Source of the DNA: Haplodiscus bocki
Lineage: Eukaryota
Direction: 5' to 3'
NCBI GenBank assembly: GCA_965655095.1
Contig: OZ296658.1
Location: 71,548,001 to 71,612,000, forward strand
DNA length: 64,000 nt
Numbering within the stretch: position 1 is the stretch's first letter; every line of letters starts with the position of its first letter. The position numbers were made by a program, and so were the translations under genes. The notes under the pieces are model-generated. The model ran no database searches. It was not told where the DNA came from and saw nothing but the letters and a program-made list of their open reading frames with translations. Below are positions 46,850 to 61,949 of the stretch, piece by piece.

Positions 46850-49200
46850 CTATGATTGAAGGAAACATGTAGTTTTCTGGTTACGCTGATTAGTGCATAG
46901 CAATGCGAAATAACCTGGACCGCGTATGCCCACAGTCACTCACAATGATGAGATAGTGTGGGATCCGCAAGCAGGTAGAGATTGCTGTAGTGAAGTTTGA
47001 CCGTTTGTTTCAAGTGATTCTTGAAATGTTTTGGAAGTCGAAATCCTTCCATTTTTGGTGAAGATTATACAAGAATCGTCGGCCATTCTTAACCATCTTG
47101 AAGAATTGAAGATGATCGTCCACCCATAAAAGCGAGGATTTACGTTTTTTTAGATGGTTTTCAATCCTTATTGTTTGTCACACAGTTCTCTCTCATCTTT
47201 GAATAAATAGAACAACCGACGATGCATAACGATAATTAACAAGTTACGATTGGCCTAATTGTCGAAAAACTGGTTGTGTTTAAAAACTCGTCCATTTTGT
47301 TCGCGTTTTGAAGATTGTTTTTGAATTTGAAGTAATCATTTGAGGAGAATGATGAGCTATCTTTCTCATATTGTACTCATACTCATGCAACTTTCGTGAT
47401 CGTATGTAGGAAAACATCAAAGGGTTGTTTGTGGGATACCATCGTCCACTTGGTTTCATCTTCAAGCTTCGTTAATGTTGTGCCTCCAGAAAATTTGATG
47501 TCGTTTACTACATAGCTAGTAGATGCAATATTCTCATCCGTCAGACCCTGTGCATTTCCAACAACTTTTAATGTGACACATCTTTTCTCAGCTTCCTCGC
47601 AAAAAGGATTTTTCGGATAATTTGCAGTTTTTATCTTTTCTATGTGATATCGCGACGACTAGCTCCAAAGCGTAAAGTAACGAAATGTGTCCAGTATGAT
47701 TCATCTCAAATAAGTCTTTTTCATGGTATAATATGTGGTATGGTAGAAGCTCTTCTAAAAATACATCAAAACAATTTTATGGTAAATGTGGTATGTAGCT
47801 TATTCTGGTAGAAACTCCTCCAAAAATACCCCTGCTATGGCTCTACACCAAATCAGTGGTGTTGTAAAACTAGCCTGTAGTTGATTTGGGTAGCTATTCT
47901 TCCAAGAAATACTCTTGCTATGACTTTACACTGAAACGGAGGTGCTCCAAAATACTTTTTCTATGATTAAATGCTTAAGCTATGCTTGTCAGCACTGAAA
48001 TATGAAATTTAAAGAATAATTTCCCCAGATTGCTGATGTGTCATTCAGGGCTCAAATCTGCAATCTTTGTACTACTTCCAGGCAAGACCAAGCACTGGTT
48101 GTAATTCCTTCTGTATTTCATTTATTGGTGGTTTATATGTGTCTCAATCATAACTTCAGCTCGCCTCAAAAATTTGACTCATTCACACCTGTTTTTTCCT
48201 CGCTTTTTTAATTTGCAATTAGTGTTGCGTAAAAATGGTGAAGTCAACAGGTCGAGGAAATAGTCTATATTTCGTGAACACAGACATTTTCCAACATCAT
48301 ATCCGATATAAAAACAAGGGTCTGAACAAAATTTAGGCGAGGCTTTCCAAACTTTTCCCCGTGGATAATATTGAACAATTTAATAACTAAAATGTTCTCA
48401 TTTAATGACTTCTTGCATTTTTCAGAGAACTTTCTGCCTCTTTGTCCTGAATTTGTGCTGCAATTACTAGCGACATTTTTCGGTTAATTGTGAAATTAAA
48501 ATATCAAACTGTCCCATCTCAGTATTCCAATTAAGATTAATAATGATCTCTGTTCTTAAAGTATAATGTGAAAAAAATCTATCTACGACTCCGATTAATA
48601 CTGTTCTTGACATTTTTTCTCCTTTCAGCGCTTCGCAGTTCTGTAGCCACCGTCGCTTTATTCTTCATCAAATCAGCATTTCTCTAAATTACAGGCTGAT
48701 GTTAAATTAAATTGTAAATTGCTGAGATTGTATAATACCAAACTAGGTAATGCAGAATAGAATTGCCCCTTTTCCTGATGTTATTTCGTTCGATATCAAA
48801 CGAATAAAATCTTTCAACTTATCTTCTTTTCATTTACTAACACCACTGCCGGTTAACCACATGAATCTGTTCGTTAGTTTGTACTTATTCCTAAATAGAA
48901 CTTTCCAAAATATTAATCCAATGTCAAACCTGGGCTGCTTGAAAATTTCGTCAGGTTGCTGTTAATGTTGAGGGCAATTCTTCTTGAGCAGGTTTCCAAA
49001 AATGATCGTTTCCGCTATATGACGAGGGAGTTCCTAGTGAAAGGCGTTCTCTCATAAAGACGAAGGGATGTCAAAGAATCAATTCTAGTTCTGTGTAAAA
49101 ATTAAGATGCAGTTTCAGTTCAAATAGAAGGATAAAAATGCACCATTGGCGAGAATTTTAAATTCGACAATTGGACAATTCGGGAAATTAAATTTTATGG
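46850..49200 (-). pseudogene. Highly decayed LINE ORF2 relic
   Basis: Remnants resembling RGNSIL, KYRLF (NYRPIS), GIPQ and W.DH in LINE order; interrupted at ~47720-47970 by a short repeat cluster. Confidence 0.45.
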
Positions 49201-51649
49201 ATTGCACATGTTTGAATCCCAGAATATTAGATTGGTGCCTTTTTTTAGAGTTAGGGCGCTAACTTGGCATGAAACATTTAGTAAGCATTCTAAGAAGCAA
49301 TATCAATGAGAATATCCTCAGTCGAAATATTTCGCTAGCTCTGAAACTCGACCGTAACAGCGTTATCAACTCTATTTCCTGCTATGCTGAAACTTTTCAA
49401 GAAGACTAAAGTTGTGGAATTTGTCAGCGAGAACTCTACCATGCGTGAGTCCGTCAGATTGAGAACTTAGGCTACAAAATTTATTGAGAAGTGTTTTCTA
49501 GGAAGCCTTTCATGTCATGATTAAAAGTGATTGCCGTTCGTGTCAGTTAGACTTTGGACTAAAGTTTTGGAGCCCTAAACATCACCTGTGATTTCATCGT
49601 GGAGCATAAATGCAAAGTTTTCTGTAAAACACACCCGCGTTGTAGATAAAAAGAAGGGAAATGCTTGTAAGTCCATACGAACTTTGACTAATCAACCGTT
49701 GATTTTTGAAACGATTGCTTGTGTCTGGAATAGACTTCTTCAAATAGGCACAGTGGAATGCGACTGGGCGAGGCTGACCGCTAAAGTGAAACGTATTAGT
49801 ACCTGCCTATTTCTTGTATTTATTTTCTTGCTTCCTTGAGGCTAGAGCGAGCGTTACTCTCAGATTTCAAGTACTTGCACTAGTCGGAGCTTAGACTAAA
49901 ATATTCAAGTATTTGGATTCAAATGTTCTTAAATTTGTCACATTAATTCGCATCGGTTTTCCCTTTATTCAAAATGGTGACCATTCACGCCCCTGAAATT
50001 TTGTTGTTTCCCAAAGCGCCGTAAAATTGCTCACTGTTCAAAGCATGGAATTTAGCCAGTGAACGTTTGTATGCTCTGAAATTTTCACGCTTTCATTAGT
50101 CTGCAGTTTTTAGACGCTATGGCAATTTTTGCTAAATACTAATTGAGTTTTTCTACAAATTTTGACTGAAAGGTAAAATGAGTATTGAAACCTGTTTATG
50201 CTTAGTTTTTTTATCCGGTACAAAAACTTTTTGCTGTCATCAGAAAGTCTAGTTATCTAGTGTAAACGTTGAAAAGTGGCCTCTTTTTGGCTGGTACTTG
50301 TTCACTTTCGCGGTGTCTACTGTGGAAACTCCTGAAGCATTGAGCAGAAAAATGGCGTAGCCTGAAGAGACATGATTGACATAAAAATTTTTTGACTCTG
50401 CCTAAGTTTTTTTCGAAGCTTTTTACACATTCTTATTGAAAGCAAGAATGTGTATTGGAAACCGGGTCATGCATGGTTTTTTTATCTTTTCCAAAATGTG
50501 CATTTTAAGACCCATCGGAGATTTTAGTCATGTTGTGTAAACTGTCAAAAAGGGCCTTTTCTGAAAGATATTGGCTAGTACTTTTCATTTTTACGTTCTG
50601 AATGTGCAAATTTCTTAAAAATTAGTCTGAGAATGAACAGCAGCGTTCAAGAAGGTAATGTTTTAACATGTTTCGAATATAAGACAGTGTGGCAGTGTAT
50701 TAGGTGTCCCCGAAAAATCGTTACTTGTGGACCTTTCGAATTCTCAAAACTCAAACTTCTTTCGAATCGGCGCATACCTGTCGATCTTCAAATTTAACAC
50801 ATGCCCTGAATCTCAAATTTTGAAAATTAAGGTTCAGATTATGGAAGTTGTTTACATTTATTTGACTGAAATTATGCAACTTTCTCTTCAATGTTTCAAT
50901 CAAGAGACAAGTCTTCATGATTGACAAGTGAGATGGGCAACTTTTGAAGCTGTTTTGACTCCTGTTGACTATTATTAGTCTTTTTGTGAGCTCTGAATGA
51001 TTTACATGTGAGGTTTTTGGGACAGTTCGTTCTGTTCATTTTTGCGTTGTTTAATGTGTAAAGCTTTGAACCTCTGGGCTGCAAAATGGAGAAGCCAAAA
51101 AGACATCATCGACATCAACTTTTTGAGTATTAGACATCGTGGAAAGGACTTGTCTCAATTCGATATTTTCGAACTACTTTTTTTAAACATCTGTTTCCGA
51201 TCAATGTTCAAATGTGTCTCAGGACCTCTGATTTGTAAATTTTGATCTTTACTGGCCAGTGAGAATGTTTTTGCGCTTCGCCTCTTTGTTAAACAGTTCC
51301 AGATTTGGAGTTGATATACTTGCACAAGCAAGTGTTATATCACAGCCTTTTGACACTTTGTATTTTTCTAATCCGTTCACAACTCGGAAATGTTCGTAGA
51401 TTTTGTTCACGAGCTCTTGCTTTCTTACAATTTTTTTCATTGACTCTCGCGTAGTTGCAACAATTTTTTAAACCGGGCCATTTTTTCAACGCGTCAGCTT
51501 GTTCTCATTATGAAACGAAGAAACTGCTATAACTTCGTACTCGTTACTGTGTAAAAGTTTTCAAGAATTTTCAAATTTTTCAAAGTTGTTTAATATTTCA
51601 ATCAGTACTTTTCATAGTACAGTGGCCTCTTAAAAAGTGAAGTATACTT

Positions 51650-53820
51650 GGTCCATTTACTAGTATTTCGTTGGCACAAGTGTTGCAAAGCACAAGTTCA
51701 TATCTCTGTTGATGAGGGCGAAAAATCCAATAATAAGCGAAGAGATGAAGGACACACAATACATATACCACAGCTGAAATACCATGAGCTGACGCCTATC
51801 ATGCAAGGTGTTCTTCAAGAAGAGGCGCCATACAACTTATTTTAGTCCCAGTAGTGAGCATGGAGATGTCTTAACGAGCAAATTTAATGAAAGTCTCCAT
51901 AGATAGTTTAAAGCCTGGCATCATCGATTCCTTCAACGACGAGTTTCACCGAACAATATTGGAGAGTCTGAACAAGGTTATTCTAACTGTGAAGAGAATT
52001 GGCTGAAAGATCAAAAGCGATTATAGCAATATAACAGGAGAGGTAATGTTGAAGTGTTTGATCAACTGTATTTAAATTGAGACAGTGTTGGTGAAATAAT
52101 CGGAAGCTTGACGATTGTTTCGAGGACGCTAGACGAAGGCATTTTAGGAAATGACATTTCAATGGCACACCGAATAAACTCAAGCTTGTTAGCTACACCC
52201 ATCATTGTCCTTTTGTCTTCCAGAATTGCCCAAGCTGTACTGCTTCACAAGAAGACATTAGTTCATTGCTATGAACCTTTATCAGGACATTACCCGAGGC
52301 TGCATGAAATTTTTAAAGCTGATGAGGAATGATGACAGACTTGGGTCTCTGGACGAGAAGAGGAATAATCTTCTTCAGTTGGAACGAGAAGCTGTACAAA
52401 GTTAATGGACTGTTTGAAGGAGGATCTTTCAGGGGTAAAAGCTGCGTGATGGTGTCAACTGTTTTACTGGAGTTTTCAACTCATCAGAGCAAAGCGATGC
52501 GATTTTAAAAGAAATTACAATTCTTTAAGACCATAGTCTAATTCTATGACTGACAAACCCTCAGCTGAGCATTCCATTAAAGTGCTTTCACATATTTTTC
52601 GCCCACTTACAAAGAGTAAGTGAACTGTATAAGGACATTTAAGTAGGTTTGAGTCTTCGGTGCCCAAATTTTTATGTGTGAGACGTAGAAAAACGACGAC
52701 ACCAACCAAGATATCGGATGGGCCAGGCGACGATTTTTTAGGGAAAGTTCGCGGATTGCATCCGAGCGCAATTTTTACAGTCATTGAAGGAAGTAACATG
52801 TGAATGTCTAGCATCTGAAGTACCTAAATGACGTCCAGTGTACTCAATTGCGAGTAAGTTATCGAGAACGGCAAGGTGGCATTGACTTGAACGAGCATAT
52901 TCTGTGGCAATAGGAGCAAATTTAACCGCCACGTTTTACGACATCATAAAAGTGGATGCCACAATGATGTAAATTTTTATGGACCAATTTCTTTACTCAT
53001 TTCTTTGAGTAAAGTTTTCGAACGTGTAATACATGGTAGATTGTACAGGTATTCGGAAAAATTTAACCTAGTTGATAAGTTTTCCTGTTTCTCCCCAAAA
53101 CATTTCACAATAGACTGTGTTGCCAAATTAACAGAGAATATCAGAACACGTCCGGATGAAAGTGTAAATTGTAGTGTGGTTTTGGATCTCCGGAAACTCT
53201 TTGAAACTGTGGATCATTTTTTGCTACATGAAATGGAATCTTTTGGTGAAAAAAAATATCGCTCAGGATTTTACAAAATAGCTTCTAGAGTGACATAAGT
53301 AGAATATCTGATTGGTTCTTTCTAATGAGCTATCACTGAAGGCAGAGAAATTGATCTTGCTGAATTTCAAATTTAGAATAGCTTCTACTGTGGAAATTGT
53401 CGTAATTGAATTAACCATAAAGTCTATTGAATATTCAAGTTTTTTGGGTGTTTTGGTCAATGGAAAACTGAAACTTTATCTGCATGTAAATGGAATCAAA
53501 CCCAAAGTTGCTGGACCTTCTGAGATCGAAGCGAAAATGCGAAACTTTGTTCCTAAAGGTTTTGTTGAAGTTATTCATTCTCTGCAAAGATAAAGTATTC
53601 GACTCATTAAAATCAAGAGTAGGCTTGATGTTATTTCAGAAGTACATTGTTTATACGTGGAAGACTTTCAAAATTTTGTATGCGAAACTTGCAATGGATC
53701 ATGAAATATTGATAATATAAATACTTCTTCTTTAAGTTCTCTTCGAGAAAATCAACTAGAGGATCTCAGCATGCCAATTTCACAGAGAAGACCCAGAAGG
53801 AATCTAATAAACTCGTTTTT
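51650..53820 (+). pseudogene. Decayed LINE ORF2 (APE+RT) relic
   Basis: PISLL..SKVFERVIH.RL, LDLRKLFETVDH and FLGVLVNGKL motifs. Confidence 0.7.
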
Positions 53821-55199
53821 TTTTAAAACATGAAAGTAAGCTGCTTTTTTATAAAACATGAAAGTAAGCTGCTATATGAGTTCAACCGGAACGATTTACT
53901 CGATCAAATTTTGGCCTCATGAATGGAACTGACTTGTTCATGCATTTGGTGACTTATTCATACAATTAAATGATTACCTTGTGAAGATCGGTTTAAGGAA
54001 ATGATCTTTTTTGCGTACCCAGTCAGGTTGAACCATGCCTTCTTTAATTACTCTGTAGGTCTCGGAAGCATAATGACAACTCTTACGAGTTTTGGCAGTT
54101 GTAGTTCAGAGTACGAGGGAAGGGACAAGAACGGAATAACCCACCTCGGAGTTTCGAATTTTTGTGCTCGGATGTTTTTTCCTTGCATTTTTTTTATTTT
54201 TTGCTTTTTGGCCGATTTCTGCAAATTTTAAATAAGAATGAAAAATACCCTGTCAATAGGCACAAGATGTTCCGCCCAATATAAACTTTCATTTTTGAAT
54301 AAAAATCCAACTATCCTTAGGAATTTTTTACTTGACGAATATCTCATCTTTCTGTTTTGCATATTTGTTTAATTTGAAATATTTTGCGCTTTGATTAAAC
54401 TGCAGTTTTTTTGACGCTTTGGGATTTTTTGCTGAATTCGAATTTTGATTCTTTGTACAATTTTTGATTGAAAGGAAGTGTGTGTATTGAAAGCGGCTTG
54501 TGCATACTTTCTCATAAAATCTTGTCCGATACCTTTCGGCGTCATCAGAAAAGCTAGTTATCGAGCACACACGTTCAAAAACAACCTCTATTTGATAGAT
54601 AATTTTTCATTCTTGCGTCGTTTATTTTGAGACTGCTCAAACATTTGGTAGCAAAATGGCGTAGTCCGAAGAGGTTACTGACATATCAGTTTCTTGATTG
54701 AGACAGTGTGGCAGGTAACTGTTCATCTTCGCGTTTGTTCACTGTGCAAACTCCCCATGCATTGGTATTCAATCGCCTGACGTGGAAAGACACGACTGAC
54801 AAATCAATTTTTTTTCACTGCGGCATTGTGGTGGCTACTTATTTATATTTGTGTTTTACTGTGGAAACTCTCTTAAACGTTGGGCATCAAAATGGCGCAA
54901 CCTGAAAAAATATGAATTACAATTCAATATCTTGACTGAAGCCTTGTGACCGGTAATTGTTTCAATTAAACTTTTTCGAACAAACTTTTGATTGAGAGCT
55001 GGTTTAGGATATCTGAAGGTGCGAATCACATCTTTTATCATGTATTCAAATGTAATTCGCTATTTTTGATATCAACTTACAAGAAGTCAGATTGTGCTGC
55101 AAAATTCCGTTTCACCTCAGTGTTTGTTTTTCTAAATTCTTAGTGCTCAATGCCTTGCTCTCTTGGTGCCTCTGTTTTGTTAAGTGCTATGGCTTTGTA

Positions 55200-55950
55200 A
55201 ATAATTGTTAGTTCGGGAGAAGGCTTGCCCCTGCAGCCGTTTATCTGCTGGTTCAGTGGATGATGAACCAACCACTAGCATAATCAGTTTCAAGTTTTGC
55301 ACTGCTGCTTGAGAATCGGCGGAGGATTCACGATAGATTATGGGACTGGCTGAGTTTGCTGCTAATTTACGAGGTAACAAATTTCGTGGATCAGCCGAAG
55401 GCGAAAAATATTGTAATGACTAAGTCAACCTTTTTTCCAGACCATTAAATCTATTTCCCCGACACTTCTCTATCACCTGTTGTTTTCATCCGCTGTTGCT
55501 TTTTCTAGGCTGTGAAACTACCTTTCAAAAATTGGCTCTCAAATATTTGCTGCTGTGTGTCCAAGTAGACGAAAATAGTTGAATTTGTGATATTCACCAG
55601 ACTTTTATCCTTCTGCCTTCCAGTTCACCTTTCTCACAAAGCATCCAGCTGCATTGGCTACAAGTCTGCATGAATTTTCCCACTTTTGACGATATCTTCC
55701 GGGATGGTACTTTTTAGTGCTGTACACAGAATTCTCGAAATTTCGTTCTTTTGCCTTCCAATTGAACTTTCAGCTACACACTTCGATCAATTTTTCACCC
55801 ATAGATAAAGTCCCTTTTGGTTTCTAAATGCTTCAATAGTCGAGCCCTCAGGTGCCAAATCTCCGAAATACCACAATTTAGTGGCAACAACGCATTGAAA
55901 TTAGCTCCGAAAAAAGCGCCAACTTGAAACTGACGTTCTCCAAACTACTT
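55200..55950 (-). pseudogene. Possible decayed LINE RT fragment
   Basis: Weak DL.I.I and GF..ST-like remnants only. Confidence 0.25.
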
Positions 55951-58900
55951 AAAGTAACCCTGCTATACCTGTCACTCATGATCAGTTAAGTCCTATTTTG
56001 AATTTCTTGATGTGGAAGTGTTAATTATGTACAAAATTTCGAATGTTTCCCACACTTTAATGACCAACATAACTTTGAACTGAATGAAATGGGTTGAAAT
56101 TTTGTTAGGTTGAAGGGGTGAACAGTTGAATTGCAGAGATTGAAATTCAATGAAAAAGTCACATGAAATAACACCTCAAGCCATGAGTTCTCGTAGAAAC
56201 TATAAATATTCTGTTGCACTGGGCTTGCGCGCTGCTTGTTTTTCAATGTAACCGCGGCAAAAGTTACGTTCTTCTAGCAAAAAAAAATGACCATCTGATA
56301 GGCTTTTCAATGAGCTTTCTCAAGGTACCTTCTTTCGTTTTTTCTTATTCGTTTATAGTGTATTTTTTATTATTTTAATCAAAATTTTGCTGAGTTAGGA
56401 AAAATAACTTAGTCGCATATCTTTATCACACTACTGTATGACACAATTGAATAACTGATGGTCATTCGGAGTTGAAGCTACCGATTTCTTGATAAGGTGC
56501 GCTGGTTAAGGCGGTGCTAACTTTGGGGTAGCGCGAGTTAACAAACGCGACTACAGATGTGATTTTTTGTGTTTTCGAGGCCCTTTCGATTGTCAACTCT
56601 TCCCTGCGTTGCAACAGTTTTCGCTCACGTGTGGTTGCTTCTGCGGGGCTCAAACTGGGGCGTTCCCGGCTGGTTACGCTTACACACTTTACAGGACCTT
56701 CCCCTGGTCCTTCATCAGAATCACGAGAGTATTGAGATGGAAATATTCTGGTCTCTTTGCTACTGCGTCCCTTGAACTACCGCATTTACATGATTGGACG
56801 ACGCGCCAAATCCGAGAATTTTTTTGAAGAGACACATTACGGCAAGTCTCGCAATGGCGCTCGCTGCCTTTGGCTATTGAAAAAATTAAAAGAAAACCAA
56901 AATATTTGCGGAATGTATTCGTATTTCTGTCGATTTTGAATTGTTCAAAGGGTCACTTTCAAATTTGTCGAGCAAGTGATGCCTGTGGATTTCGAATATA
57001 CACTTGGATAGGTCTTGTAAGAGATTTCAACTTGATAAACGCTGTGGTGTCACGAAAATTGCGTTAAATAATTGACTTAAGTTGGAAATACAGGAATGGA
57101 AACGGGAAATATGAAAGAGTTTCCTGTTAGAAGCTAAAATGGAAAATTTTTATAAGGGTAATCCCATAGCGACAATTTCAGGAGATCATTCTGTTGGCAT
57201 GGTGGCCGGAGTATAGGAGTTCTGCCGAACCATTTCGAAACTGCGCGATGGAATCCCGTTTTTAGCGGAATCTTTCTCCAGTTCCTGAGTTTCAGTGCAT
57301 TAATATACAAGAGGCGCAGTGGCACTCCGATGTAATGCCTAACTATCTGCGTATACCGAAAAACCTGGATACACATTTTCCAGAGAGCCTGTAATTGCTG
57401 AATTCTATTGCAAACTCAAAAAATATACCGCCAAAGCCGTTATGAAATACATTTTTCCTGGTGGATATTTGGATTGTCTATCAGTAATGCTCATTTTATA
57501 ATTTTTAAAGGGTCTCAATTGTTCAAAAGATAAAAACAGTTTTTAAGAACCCATTTTTTCATTTCCTTCCGAAGAACATTTTGGAGGAATTTTCTTTCCA
57601 CAAAATTTAACTCACTGAAAGTATGTTTCGGCAATTTTCTGCCTATTTGTACTTTCGAAAGCGCTCTCTACGCATTAACTCGTGACGGCAGGATATCCGT
57701 GGAATTTGGAATCCAAAATTTTCAAGTTAGCGGCCGTAATGGTTGAATATCTGGACTTATGTACGAGATTCGATTCGCTTCAGGTTCATTTTTCGCAAAG
57801 AAGGAATCATTCAATGGAATAATAATAAAGCTGGCTGAAATCCGAGCTCATATTATTATTGGCTTTGAAAACAGTGAAACGAAAGTAAGTCCTGAAAAAT
57901 GCGGGCTTTATTCTTTTCCGCCTATGTTTATTATTAGGATTTGAAATCATCCACTCGAAACGGTGCATTTTCTACGTTTACTTGCCAATTGTCCGGGCAA
58001 ATGCAGAGATTGTGACTTTGAAAATTTTTCATCACCAAATTGTAGCGAATTTGCCGTAGATTGCGAATGAAATAGTAAGATCTCTGAAAACGTACGAAGT
58101 TTGGGTTTTTTCTAATAGATAGATTTTTCGAAACTTGAATTTGTTTAAAATCTCTAAACGTGGCATATTTGCTGTAGAATGCATATCAAATCGAATTATT
58201 TCAATAAAACGTCTTTTTTTCACTTGAATTGAGGGTTTTCTGCAGAAATCAGAAGAATTTTAAATTTGGAAAATTCATCAAATATTGACGAAGATAGAAT
58301 ATTTTCGAGAGTACGCTTTCATCCTTCTAAAAGATATCTTTAGAATCTTGTTTTTGATATCCAACACAAATTGTTTGAAAGAAATAAAATTTTTTCATGA
58401 TCCTAATAACAAGCAACGCCTTTTGCTTGCGGAGAATAACAAGCCAAGAATTTATGGGGTCGTCGCTTACCGTAAGGCTCAAAATTCTGATAGGGAAGCC
58501 CTTGTTGTTTTAAAGTTTCTTTGTAAAATTTTGCATACCATAGAGAAGTTCTGTAATCCTCCGAATGTCCGCCACCGTTCTCGCAGCATTTCTAAGGCGG
58601 ATAATGCAGAGTGGGACCGAAATCGATTATTATATATTGAACATTGAAACGTCCTGCTTGTGATCTTTTTGCCGTGTTGGGCATATAATCGAGGTTGGCT
58701 GTTATTCACCTCAGCCAAAAACATGCACGGTGATTTGGCCAAACTGGAGGATTTTCGAATGGCTGATAATCAAGGGATAACGGGCTCATCCGGAAATTTA
58801 ATAGGTTTACCGGTAAAAAAACTTTCTCTGGAGACAGTCTGGATTTTTTAAGTGTACCAACAGTAAGTTTAATAATTCGTCAATTTTTGGACCATATATG

Positions 58901-61900
58901 CGAGCGTCCTTATGGCCTAGAGTTGACCTAATTATATTTGCAACTATAAAACGTCCAAAGTGTAACCATTTTGTTGAGGTTTGCGTATATTCATTCGGGT
59001 TTGGCGGTTTTAGGCAAAAAATGTGGTGGCAGAAGTGAATTATAATTGAAGAATGGAGGTCATGGAAATTTCTTTGTTAGTTTTTCGCATTTTTTTGCGC
59101 CTTCAGCAAATGGGGAATCACAAAGTTTTTCCATTTTTTCTTTCCCAAAAACTCGTTTTTTTTTGCGAAAAAAAATAGCAAATGGGCGTAGGGGGTAGCA
59201 CGATTTGTGGACGATTTCGAAATTGTGGTAAAATTCGTGTCGTTCAGATTGTCAATTCAACCAACTTTGTTGAATTTGGATCAGTTCAATGTGAGTTTTG
59301 TAGTTCGTCGAAAAAAAAACAAGTCGGGACTGGCCAAAGCCGACGTTGGCCATGGGGCTGAGTTTACTTATAGGGGAGGCCTCAATGTTTTCAATTGTTT
59401 TGATTTCTCTCCTTGAAAATTAGTATACCGAAGGGAAGAAAACATTAAATCGTCACTGAATTTCCCGCCGTAAATTCTCAGGTAGCAGAAATTAGAAGGG
59501 TTGATGATCGATGGACAAATGGGGGACTATCGCCAATTTTTTTTGGGTTTTCGCAGAAGGTCAGCCGAAAGGCATTCATGGTAAGGGGAATGTTAGAGAA
59601 GTGAATAGTCGAGGGATAAATACTGGTGGATAGTCGAAAAATGATTAGAATGACGGATAAACGAGGGTTAAATGTTTGTTTTCCGAAGTTTTTCCGCCAT
59701 ATGCATAGGAGGCTATTACGAAAACTTTCCGCGTTTTTGTTTCCTGGTTTAAGCAAATGGGTGTAGCACGACCATTTTTCGGGGTTCGCTACATTCTCCA
59801 GAAAATGGGGAACGTTTTAAGTACATCAAAAAATGAAGCAACTATGTTGAAATTGTCTTGATCAATATGACTCCGCTCTATTAAGAAAAAAATCAAAACA
59901 GGCCAAGAATGTCGGCACCTTTCGTACGGCTCAAAATACGGAGTACATTTTCTTGTTTGAAAAAATTCTACTTTGATATACTTTTTGGTATAGAATATAA
60001 GAAAACAGTTCATAATGGGATTCGAACCCGCTACCCGTCGATTCGGTTGATTTTATAAGGGGTTATTACGAAAATTTTGGACTGGAGGTCCATAATTTTC
60101 TGAGAAATATGTAAATTTTTGTACAGTTTCTGGTATAAATTGTTTCAAGGGAGTATCACGAGCCTTTAAAACGTTCGACACTGTCGAAGAAGGACAGTTG
60201 CATGAAGGAGTGCAAAAAGATGCAACGAGGTCCGAGTTGGATCGTTCGATATGAGCTTTGTCATCTCACGAAAAGTCACTACAGTAGTCAGCCTCTTTCC
60301 TAAAAGTTAAGAGCCGACTAAAAACGAGCCAACAAGGACGGGAGTCACTGCCGCCAGAGCGGCCAGTTTACTCAAAGTGGGAGCCGTTATTTTTTCTGAT
60401 TAGTTTTGGTATTTTTGAAGAAAACTCTAAACCGAAGGGAAGTTTCATAATTTCCCTATTGCTCGCCAGGATTCGCACAGTTTTTTTGGGCTGTTAGCGT
60501 GGTTAACCCAATTTTTACTGGGGTGTACAACGAATATCCTTATGTTTTTATGAAAAAAAAAATGTTCTGTATTCTTGAACAAAAGTTCAGCAAACCCTCG
60601 ATTATCTGCCAACATTCGCCCATTGGCTGACCTAATTGGCGGATAATCGAAAAAAAGGTTTGACAATTTTTCTCCGAAACCATAGATTTTCAAGGAAAAC
60701 TCAGGATACCAAGAGAGCAGTTCCGTAATAACTTCAATTTTCCGCCAATAGTTGAGACGTTCAGCAATCCGTCACTTCAATTATTGCGCAGATTTTTTGG
60801 CCGATCAACGAGTTCTTTGGTAGCATTTTGTTTTATTTTACTACCGAAAAATGTTTACCGAAGAGTTGGTCAATTCAAAGTGAGAACAGCGCCTACGAAA
60901 AAAACGGTCACTGTAATAGTCGGACCTTCTGTCAAAGCGTGGACTAAAAAAGTGACTGAATTGATCGGCATCCTTTCATTAATTTACTATATTAAGGCGG
61001 CGACTAAAAATACAGTATAGTGTGTGTTCATACATAAATTGGTGTGATCAAATTACAGAATAAGGTGTACGGTTCTGTTTAGATGAACGCTCTGAACCAT
61101 TTTCGTTTTTAATTTTTTTTCGGTCAGCGCGAAAAGAAAGTGTTTTTTTATTTAGCGAAAGTAGTTGAAGAAGCCACAATGTTTTCTCCAATTAATGGAG
61201 AATTCTTCGTATTCCGCATGGATTGGCGACGGGTTTATCATCCCATTTTCCTACATCATCCCACTAGAGCGCCACTGATACTGAACTTAGTGAGTGAGGT
61301 TGATGAATTACTTGGAACTCTAAAAAAACTGTAAAAAGTTTGACGATTTTTTGCTATTTCTGATGCGTGGAAAAATCCTCAAAATCGAAATGGATTAAAT
61401 TTTTTGGGAGCTGCTGTATGGTTAAGGTATATTCACCAATAACATAACTCGTTGGATAGTGGATTGTTCAATTGCTGCTATTATTGATCCGAAAGATATA
61501 AAAAAAATTGAACTGAAAACGCCCGAAAACTCGCTTCTCACACCCAATTCCATATTTTCTTTAATTCCCACCGGGAGGATCACCCCCCCCCACCGTTTTC
61601 ATAGACTGAACAATCGATCCTTGCCCCGAAACCCCAAAGAGTATGATAGACAAGGACCGAACCAACTGGGACCGCAAAAGCTGGGGACTGAAACTCCCGG
61701 TTGGGGAAAAGAACAGGAGACTGAAAAATAGAAAAAAAATACTTACGAAAAAAATTTTAAAGGGTCAGTCAGCCGCAAGACAGAAAAAAACAGAAGTGAA
61801 AAGATGAAATTAATTAATAGCCGATGTTTTGAAGAATACTCATGATTCCGGAATACAAACTGCTTCAAACAATTTTTCGGAAAATTTTGGATGTTGTTAA

Positions 61901-61949
61901 TGCAAGCCAAAGAAAAGATGGTCATTTTTCTTCAAAATATTGTATAGCT

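Noticed and set aside
46900-47140. LLWVDDH...IIVSDCG resembling a response-regulator receiver domain
   Set aside because: It contains an in-frame stop and sits at the expected W..H position downstream of GIPQ in a decayed LINE RT.
60010-60045. tRNA gene (minus-strand GGTTCGAATCCC B-box)
   Set aside because: No cloverleaf or A-box was found; at most it is a decayed tRNA-derived SINE fragment.
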